From an uncultured Planctomycetaceae bacterium (GTDB taxonomy: Bacteria; Planctomycetota; Planctomycetia; Planctomycetales; Planctomycetaceae), in the NCBI GenBank assembly GCA_963815195.1, contig CAWFGE010000023.1, forward strand, positions 352,001-416,000: DNA of 64,000 nucleotides, written 5' to 3'. A program made the position numbers and the translations under genes. The notes beneath the pieces were generated by a model that saw nothing but the letters and a program-made list of their open reading frames with translations, was not told the origin of the DNA and made no database searches. Below, piece after piece: positions 56,938-64,000 of this stretch (within the stretch, counting starts at the first letter, position 1; every line of letters begins with the position of its first letter).

Positions 56938-56963
56938 AACCGGGGCTACGCCCTGCGGCTAAT
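56938..56963. repeat. REP unit AACCGGGGCTACGCCCTGCGGCTAAT
   Basis: Reverse complement closely matches 34560-34586. Confidence 0.65.
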
Positions 56964-57016
56964 GAATGCGACAATTATTGATCGATCGATCGATCCCAAG
57001 CCGATTGGCACTCTCC

Positions 57017-57216
57017 GAATCTCATTCTCCGCTTACTGCGTGCGCGGCTCCCGTCAGAATCTCATTGTCCGCTTACTGCGTGCGCGGCTCCCGTCAGAAT
57101 CTCATTCTCCGCTTACTGCGTGCGCGGCTCCCGTCAGAATCTCATTCTCCGCTTACTGCGTGCGCGGCTCCCGTCAGAATCTCATTCTCCGCTTACTGCG
57201 TGCGCGGCTCCCGTTA
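57017..57216. repeat. Tandem repeat, 5 x 40 bp (GAATCTCATTCTCCGCTTACTGCGTGCGCGGCTCCCGTCA)
   Basis: Head-to-tail units with only two single-base variants and no spacers; the last unit ends in the TolC stop codon. Confidence 0.97.
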
Positions 57217-59032
57217 CGGTTGGATCGGCGCGGGGCTGGGCGGGATGATGAGCGGTTGCGGGTTAATGAGCGGTTGCGGGTTGATGGGCAGGGGGGCTCC
57301 GGGCCGGCTGATGCTGTCGAGCGCGAACAGGTTGTCCGCTTGCAAGACTTCCGCCAGATCGACGACCGCCTGCCATTGAGCCCCGAGAAGCGTCAAATAC
57401 TGGTTGATGGTTTGCCCCAACTGCTGCTGCGTGACGATCACCTGGGCGAAGTCCACGTTGTCCACCCCCTGCCGGAACCGCTGATATACCCCGCGATAAG
57501 TCTGCACCTGATCGGGCAGGATCTCGTTGCGGTAGTTATTGGTGAGCGCGCGGTTCGAAGCGTAGCGGGCGTAAATCTCCGCCAGCTGCGCGGCCAGATT
57601 GTTTTGGGCCCCGGTCAGGTTTTGCTGGGACTCCACGATCTGCGATTGGGCCGTGTAGATGTTCCCCTGGTTCTTGTTGAAGATGGGCAGGACGAACCCG
57701 ACGTTGAAGTTGTAGGTGATATCATCGAGCGGGGTCGTGTCATCGTATTGCAGAACGCCGGTGAGGTTCACGTTGGGAATCGGCGTCACCTGCTGCAAGT
57801 TCAGGTTGATCTGGCTCTTGGTGATCTGGGCCTGGGCGATCGAGAGATCCGTGTGCCGGGCCAGCATGAGTTGCAAGGCGTTTTCGTGGCTGATTTCGGG
57901 GACGGGCATTTCCGGAAAGCCGTCGAGTTCCCTCGGCGGGAATCCGGGGAGGTTCAAGACCGCCGCCAATTGCCGCCACGCGGCCACGTAATCGTTGCCT
58001 GCGAGGATGGCGGCGTTCTGGGCCTCGACCGCGAACACGCGGATTTGTAAGGGCTCGTACGGCGCGGACTCGCCGCCCGCGACCAAATCGATTTGACCCT
58101 CGTAAGTCCGCCGGAACAAGTCGGCCAGTTCGCGGGTGAACCGCAATCGTTCCTGGGCGATGAGGGCGATGAAATAATTCTTGCGGACGGCGGTGGCGAG
58201 ATCGATTTCCACCCGCCGGAGGGCGTAATTCCGATTTCACCACTTCCTGGAGTTCCACCGACCGGCTGAGCTTGAGCTTGTCCGCGGTGACGATGGTCTG
58301 GTTCGCGAAGACCCCGTGATAACCGGCCGAGGCATTCGTATTGACCGTATCCGACTCGTAGCCGGCTTCGGGGTTCGGATAGAGCCCGACCTGAATCGCT
58401 TGCCCGCGGGCTTGCTCGACCCGCGCGATGGCCGCTTGCAGCTTGGGACTGTTCGCGTAGGCCAACTCCTGGAGCTTTGCCAGGCTGATCGGCTCGCGGT
58501 TCACTTCACCAGGCGAGAAAGCAAAGTCGGGCATCTCAGGCAACGGCTTATACATTTGGCCGATTTTCGCCCGGCGCTCCTTAAACGGCGCATTGGGGTC
58601 GATTTCGGGAAGCTTCAGCGGCGGCTCCTCGGCTCCCGGAAAGACTTTCGGAATCTGAAATTGCTCCCCGGCCTTGTCGGCAGGTTTCTCCGGTGGGGCT
58701 TCCGTTTTTTTCGGTTCCAGGTTCTCGAGAAACCGTGTGACCGAAATCGGCTTTTGCTGCGATGTGGGCCGGCAGGGCGGCAGAGAATCCGGCGGCTGGA
58801 TCCCCAAACGCAGCCTAGGATCGGCCTTCTTCTCGCTCGTTTTGGCAGTTCGGGGAGCGGGCGGGTTCGTCGCCGGGGCCAGCGAGCGTTTGGCCGTGCG
58901 GGTCGGACCGGTGGGGTGCGGTTTGTCCAATTGGGGCGGCGTTTGCGCCTTCGGGAACGGTGCCTGACAGCCCAGAATCCCCAATCCCAAGGTAACCGTT
59001 AAACCAAAGGCGCACCGTCTCCGCATTTTCAT
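57214..59032 (-). CDS. TolC/CzcC-like outer-membrane efflux lipoprotein; frameshift near 58228
   Basis: Lipobox LGILGC; AIQVGLYPNP; QTIVTADKLKL; LPIFNKNQGNI; two ORFs join on removing one base. Confidence 0.88.
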
Positions 59033-59230
59033 TCGTTCCCCCTTCAACAATCGCCAAACAGCGCAAGACCATTTTGTCTCACGTCATCCAGGGTATCGAC
59101 TCGAACGATTGTGACGGTCAAGCCAAATCGAACAATTCCCCGGGTTGTCCGCGATCTTGGGGAGAATCCCCGACGTTCCAGACTTCGGTGATGATACTTC
59201 GGCCCCGAAGTATTCCACTCGACAAAAAGG

Positions 59231-59256
59231 CGAGCGGGGGGGCGTAAGCCCCCTGG
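59231..59256. repeat. REP-like palindrome GAGCGGGGGGGCGTAAGCCCCCTGG
   Basis: GGGGGC/GCCCCC hairpin just past the lactonase stop; single copy in the window. Confidence 0.45.
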
Positions 59257-59274
59257 TTATGTTGAGTCTTTTTT

Positions 59275-60435
59275 CTAGCGGGGCAGAAACTTGATGCACA
59301 CCGGCGAAGGCACTTCGACTTCGTGGCCCGTAGACGTAAGGGCCCCGGTGTCCTGGTTGATGCGGAAGGTTTCGATGCGGTTGGCGCTTTGGCCCTCGGC
59401 GAACACGAACTTTCCCGTGGGATCGATCGCGAAGTTCCGCGGCGTGGCGGGGCAGGGCGTTTGGCCTTTGGGCGTGAGTTTGCCCGTGTCCTGGTTGACG
59501 GCGAACACCGCAATGCTGTCGTGCCCCCGGTTCGAGCCGTACACAAACTTGCCCAAAGGATGCACATGGACATCAGCCGTGTGCGTGGTCTTCGTGTAGT
59601 CGTCGGGAATGGTCGAGACCGTTTCGATCGGCGTCAATCGGCCTTCCTCGGCATCGTACCGAAACGCGGTGATCGTGTTCGCGATCTCGTTGATCACGTA
59701 CGCATACTTGCCGTTGGGATGAAACGCAAAATGCCGGGGTCCGCTGCCCGGTTTGACGCTCACGCTGGGCGGATCGTTGGGCGTCAACTGGCCGCTCTCG
59801 GCGTCGAAGCGGTAAATCATCACCTTGTCCAACCCCAAATCCGCCACGAACGCAAACCGCCCGGCGGGATCCAGATTGACGGAGTGGGCGTGCGGCTCTT
59901 TTTGGCGCTGGGGATTGACGCTCGATCCTTCGTGCTGAATCGTGCACGACGGCGGTTTCAGCGTGCCATCCTCGGCGAGCGGCAGGACCGAAACGCTGCC
60001 TCCGCCATAGTTTGCGACGAGCACGTTCTTGCCGGTTTTGTCCACGATCAGATGGCAGGGCCCCGCGCCGCCGGAGGGTTGCTCGTTGAGCAGTTTCAGT
60101 TGGCCGGTCTTTGAGTCGATCGCAAACGCCGCGACGCCGCCGGCTTTCTGGCCGCCAAACATGTTGATTTCCGCGACGGAATACAAAAACTTCTTGTCGG
60201 GCGAGATGGCAAGGAACGAAGGATTTTTCACCCCCGAAACCGCCGCGACCCGCGAAAGCTCGCCGGTTTTGGGATTCAGTTCATAGACGTAAATTCCTTC
60301 GCCGTTTCCCTTTGTGTAAGTGCCCACATAAACGAGCGGGTCGGCGGCTTGGGCGGAGTTTTCGAGATTCTCGGTTGTGACCATCATCAACACCACTGCG
60401 GTAAGAAGCGCGGAAATCGGGCGGAAAGCGATCAT
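59275..60435 (-). CDS. 6-phosphogluconolactonase-like beta-propeller lactonase (Pgl/YbhE family), secreted
   Basis: YVGTYT, NPSFL, ANYGGG, PHAH, DLGLD, GPRH, SNRGHDS, PRNF. Confidence 0.92.
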   Translation of the reverse strand: MIAFRPISALLTAVVLMMVTTENLENSAQAADPLVYVGTYTKGNGEGIYVYELNPKTGELSRVAAVSGVKNPSFLAISPDKKFLYSVAEINMFGGQKAGGVAAFAIDSKTGQLKLLNEQPSGGAGPCHLIVDKTGKNVLVANYGGGSVSVLPLAEDGTLKPPSCTIQHEGSSVNPQRQKEPHAHSVNLDPAGRFAFVADLGLDKVMIYRFDAESGQLTPNDPPSVSVKPGSGPRHFAFHPNGKYAYVINEIANTITAFRYDAEEGRLTPIETVSTIPDDYTKTTHTADVHVHPLGKFVYGSNRGHDSIAVFAVNQDTGKLTPKGQTPCPATPRNFAIDPTGKFVFAEGQSANRIETFRINQDTGALTSTGHEVEVPSPVCIKFLPR

Positions 60436-60597
60436 GTTCGTCCTCGGCTGGAAAAGGCCAACAAAACCAAACGCCCCACCACACTAACCGCGATCCCGAT
60501 CCATTTTCAAGTTTGCGGGTCGCGAACGAAAACACGAAACCACGAAGACACGAAGAAAACAGAGGACAACTCACGTTTCGTCGCCAACGACCGGCGG

Positions 60598-60828
60598 TCA
60601 CGATTCCTGATTCCCATCTGAACCTAGAAAAATGGGCAACGTGGGATCTGGTTCGAGTTTTGGAAGCATTTCAGCAAGGAGGCGGTGTTCTTCGATTGAA
60701 ATAAGTCCCCACTCAAGCAATGCAGCAATGTATCCATTCCAACATGCGGAATCATAATCCGTGAAATCGCTTTTCGACATTTGGTGCTGAATGCGATCTT
60801 TCAATTCTTGGTAGGAGGGCTTTTCCAT
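60598..60828 (-). CDS. Small acidic protein, immunity-protein-like
   Basis: 76 aa MEKPSYQELKDRI...WNGYIAALLEWGLIS...DPTLPIFLG; RBS AAGGTGA; AT-richer than flanks. Confidence 0.65.
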   Translation of the reverse strand: MEKPSYQELKDRIQHQMSKSDFTDYDSACWNGYIAALLEWGLISIEEHRLLAEMLPKLEPDPTLPIFLGSDGNQES

Positions 60829-60967
60829 GATGTCACCTTACCTTCTCGGTATACGGGATTGACTGAATCTTCGTTAGCTCCCGGATCGGTGCTTCGTGCC
60901 TTCACGAAACCACGAAGACACGAAGAAAACAGAGGACAACTCACGTTTCGTCGCCAACGACCGGCGG

Positions 60968-61018
60968 TCACGATTCCTGAATGCGATCTTTCAATTCTTG
61001 GTAGGAGGGCTTTTCCAT
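60968..61018 (-). pseudogene. In-frame deleted copy of 60598-60828 (MEKPSYQELKDRIQES)
   Basis: 180-bp deletion between CTGA microhomologies (60607-10 / 60787-90). Confidence 0.85.
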
Positions 61019-61242
61019 GATGTCACCTTACCTTCTCGGTATACGGGATTGACTGCATCTTCGTTAGCTCCCGGATCGGTGCTTCGTGCCTTCGTGGTTT
61101 TCAGTTTTTGTCACTCGGGAAAACTGCTCGTGACCTGGATTGCGGTTTTTCGCTAGAATGCCGAGAGTGCCGGCGGGAACATCGCCCGGCATTTGTCTAT
61201 CGCCTGTCCGCTGTGAGTTTTCAGAAAAACGGAGTCCGAGGG

Positions 61243-63178
61243 ATGCGACGCTCCACCTGCCTTTTCGCCCCACTGTTGATTTTCGCCGGCCTCGTGTTGG
61301 GGACGGCACCCGACGCCTTCGCTGCCGACCCGCCGTCCGCGAAGCTCGCGTTGTCGTTTCGGCCCGTGCAGAAAAAATGGGTGGACTACGAAACGCCCTC
61401 CGAGGACGAGTATTCCAAATGCCAGGTCAAAGTCGAGCGGCGGGGCAAGGCGTCCGGCTGGGTGGTTTACGGACCGGAAGGGCAAGTGCTCCGGCGGTTC
61501 TCCGACACCGACGGCGACAATGTCGTCGATCAATGGCAATACTATTTCCAGGGCATCGAGGTGTACCGCGACCTCGATTCCAATAACAACAACAAGGTCG
61601 ATCAGTCCCGCTGGCTGAACACCGCAGGCACCCGCTGGGGCCTGGACGCGAACGAGGACGGCCAGATCGATTCCTGGAAAATCATCTCGCCCGAAGAAGC
61701 CGGCCGGCTCGCGGTCGAAGCGATGATTGCCGGCGACATCAAAACGCTGGAAAGCCTGCTGATTTCCCCCGGCGACATCAAAACTTTGGGCGTCGAAGAC
61801 GAGGTGGGCAAGAAGCTTTTGGGAGCCGTCGATGCTCCCGCCGCCAAGGTGCGGAAGATCACCGATGGGTCCAAGGTCCTCAATTCCCGCACCAAGTGGA
61901 TGCGGTTCGACGGCGCGAGCCCGGGCATCATCCCGCAGGATGAAGGCAAGGCATCGAGCGATTTGATCGTTTACGAGAACGCCATGGGCATCGTGGACAA
62001 CAACCAGCAAGCCGGCCTGGTGCAGTTGGGCGAGATGGTCCGCGTGGGCGATGCCTGGAAGCTCACGCAGATCCCGCAGCCGCTCGAAGGCGAGAATCCG
62101 CAAGTGGCGGCGACGGGGATTCTGATTCAACCGGCCGCGGGCTTGAACTCCCCCGTGTCCGCGGGCGTGCCCAGCGATATTTCTCCGGAAGCCCGCAAAC
62201 TCCTGGAGCAGCTGCGAACGACTCGATGCGAATGCCCCGTCTCCCGCCGACGGTGCCAAAGCGCTCGCGGATTACAACCGCAAACGGGCCGACTTGTTGG
62301 AAGATCTCGCCGGCCTCGCGCAGACCGACGCCGAACGCGAGCAGTGGACGAAGCAGCTCGTGGACGGCTTGACCGCGGCCGTGCAGACCGGGCAGTTTCC
62401 CGACGGTCTGGCCCGCCTCAAAAAGATCGAAGCCGACGAGAAGAATAAGAAAAGCGACGACGAGATGCTCGCCTACTTGGGCTTTCGCGTGCTGATGTCG
62501 CAGTATGCCACCAGTTTGCAGAAGCCCCAGCTCACCAACGAACAGCGGCAGGAACTGCAAGTCTGGTGGCTGGCGCAGCTCAAGACATTTGCGTCCACGT
62601 ATCCCTCCGCTCCGGAAACCGGCGAGGCGTTGTTCCAACTCGCGATGGCCCAAGAGTTCGCGGGCAAAACGGACGAAGCCGAGGAATGGTACGATCGGCT
62701 GGTGAAGACCCATTCGCAAACCGAAGCCGGCCAACGAGCGGCCGGGGCGCTCAAGCGAATCAACCTCCAGGGCAAAAAGCTCGATCTCTCCGGCCCGGGT
62801 TTCGGCGGAGGGACGATCGATGCCGCCAGCTATCGCGGCAAAGTGCTTTTGGTGATTTTCTGGTCCACATGGTGCAAACCCTGCACCGAGGATTTGCCGC
62901 AGATTCTCGCGCTTTATGGCCAATACAAAAGTCAGGGCTTTGAAGTCCTGGGCGTGAATCTCGACACGACGACCGACCTCGTGCAGCCTTACATCACCGA
63001 GCACAAAGTCCCCTGGCGGCACATCCACGAACCGGGCGGCTTGGACAGCGGCCCCGGCAAGTCCTTCGGGATCATTTCCCTGCCCACGATGTTCCTCGTG
63101 GACAAAACCGGCACCGTCGTCAGCCGCAGCACCTCGGTCCAGGAACTCAAAACCGAACTGCCCAAGCTCGTTAAATAA
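61243..63178 (+). CDS. Secreted redoxin (thioredoxin-like CxxC) with N-terminal Asp-rich loops and TPR; frameshift near 62220
   Basis: Signal peptide; DTDGDNVVD, DANEDGQID; TPR-like helices; FWSTWCKPC; LPTMFLVD. Confidence 0.85.
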
Positions 63179-63186
63179 AGACGGAA

Positions 63187-63378
63187 GGAACCACGAAACA
63201 CACGAAAAAAGTCCGCGCTGTTTCACCTCCCCAAACTTTGGGGAGGTGAAATCCATCATTGATCATCACACAAAAAGATCATCCGCCTCCACTGCCCCCC
63301 GATTCGCCGGAAGAGCCCATTTTCATTCCAATTCTCGGCGTGCTTTCCTTTCGTGTATTTGGTGTGTTTCGTGGTTCC
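63187..63378. repeat. Inverted pair GGAACCACGAAACACAC / GTGTGTTTCGTGGTTCC enclosing a second palindrome
   Basis: 17-bp perfect IR; inner TTTCACCTCCCCAAACTTTGGGGAGGTGAAA at 63221-63251. Confidence 0.8.
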
Positions 63379-63546
63379 TGTCTTCAGATTGTCTTAATCC
63401 GTTCACTTGGAATAAATAGACAGTTCTCAATCCCATTTCGGGTCAGGCAAGATTTTCCGCTCTTCGGCGGTCAATTGGGCTTGGCCCGATTGTTATACTC
63501 ACCACGGATGTTTTTTGGGTCTTGAGATAGAACGGAACCATCGATC

Positions 63547-64000
63547 ATGCGAGTGTTAGTGACGGGCGGAGCGGGGTTTATCGGCAGCCACGTGGTGGAT
63601 CAACTCTTGGCGAACGGCCATCAGCCGGGGGTGCTCGATGATCTGACGTCGGGCCGGCGCGAGAATTTTCCCGCGGACGTTCCATTTTACCAGGTCGATG
63701 TCTGCGACGGGCCTCGGGTGGCGAAGGTGTTCGAGGAGTTTCAGCCCGAAGCCGTCTGCCATCAAGCCGCCCAGATGTCGGTGAGCCGCTCCGTCCGCGA
63801 GCCGGCTTTCGACGCCCAGGTGAATGTGCTGGGTTTGATCCACGTTCTGGACGGTGCCGCGAACTGTGGGGCGAAGCGGATGGTGTTTGCGTCTTCGGGC
63901 GGCGTTTTGTACGGCGATGCCTACGAACCGGCCGGCGAAGACACGCCCGCCAATCCGATCTCGCCCTACGGGATCAGCAAATGGGCCGGCGAACGCTATC
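63547..64000 (+). CDS. NAD-dependent epimerase (UDP-glucose 4-epimerase-like), 5' part
   Basis: Own translation MRVLVTGGAGFIGSH...HQAAQMSV...ASSGG..SPYGISKW (YxxxK); runs off the window end. Confidence 0.9.
   Translation, partial: MRVLVTGGAGFIGSHVVDQLLANGHQPGVLDDLTSGRRENFPADVPFYQVDVCDGPRVAKVFEEFQPEAVCHQAAQMSVSRSVREPAFDAQVNVLGLIHVLDGAANCGAKRMVFASSGGVLYGDAYEPAGEDTPANPISPYGISKWAGERY

Larger units (their letters stand above)
60533..61100. mobile_element. Tandemly duplicated gene cassette bounded by 9-bp-periodic inverted arms
   Basis: Unit 1 60533-60902, unit 2 60903-61100; left arm CACGAAACCACGAAGACACGAAG, right arm CTTCGTGCCTTCGTGGTT; unit 2 lacks 180 bp. Confidence 0.75.

Noticed and set aside
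56980..56995. (GATC)4 run
   Set aside because: Short microsatellite; GATC is common in this sequence and there is no supporting context.
57017..57216. CRISPR array
   Set aside because: Units are contiguous and essentially identical with no unique spacers; no cas genes in the window.
60533..61100. Classical integron (attC cassettes) or diversity-generating retroelement
   Set aside because: No IntI or reverse transcriptase in the window; arms lack RYYYAAC/GTTRRRY attC ends; the copies differ by one SNP and a deletion, not by many adenine-specific changes.

Overview
GC-rich bacterial chromosomal window, almost certainly from a Planctomycete: it has a PSCyt/DUF1549/DUF1553 cytochrome protein, LE(D/Q)RxLL-type giant surface proteins, a DUF4159 protein, sulfatases and a very long SecA. 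Housekeeping genes (waaA 5' part, secA, tRNA-Leu(GAG), recJ, ribD, glnS, comM/yifB, a cbiX/sirB-like gene, a lactonase, an NAD-dependent epimerase) alternate with envelope and surface genes. There is a small sulfatase/porin island and one complete IS630 element, whose transposase is split at a T5C5 transcriptional-slippage site. Seven other genes, including the essential secA, carry single-base frameshifts that are most simply assembly errors. The most unusual signal is intergenic. At least ten distinct families of short palindromic or periodic inverted repeats sit at gene junctions. At several junctions they accompany duplication of the neighbouring gene's terminus (waaA start, comM end, TolC stop codon, an orphan M32 peptidase 3' end) and/or small passenger genes (a HicAB-like pair; an immunity-like gene in a tandemly duplicated cassette). 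This suggests a REP/inverted-repeat-driven gene-cassette insertion process acting at gene ends. All family assignments are from motif recognition by eye; no database searches were run.
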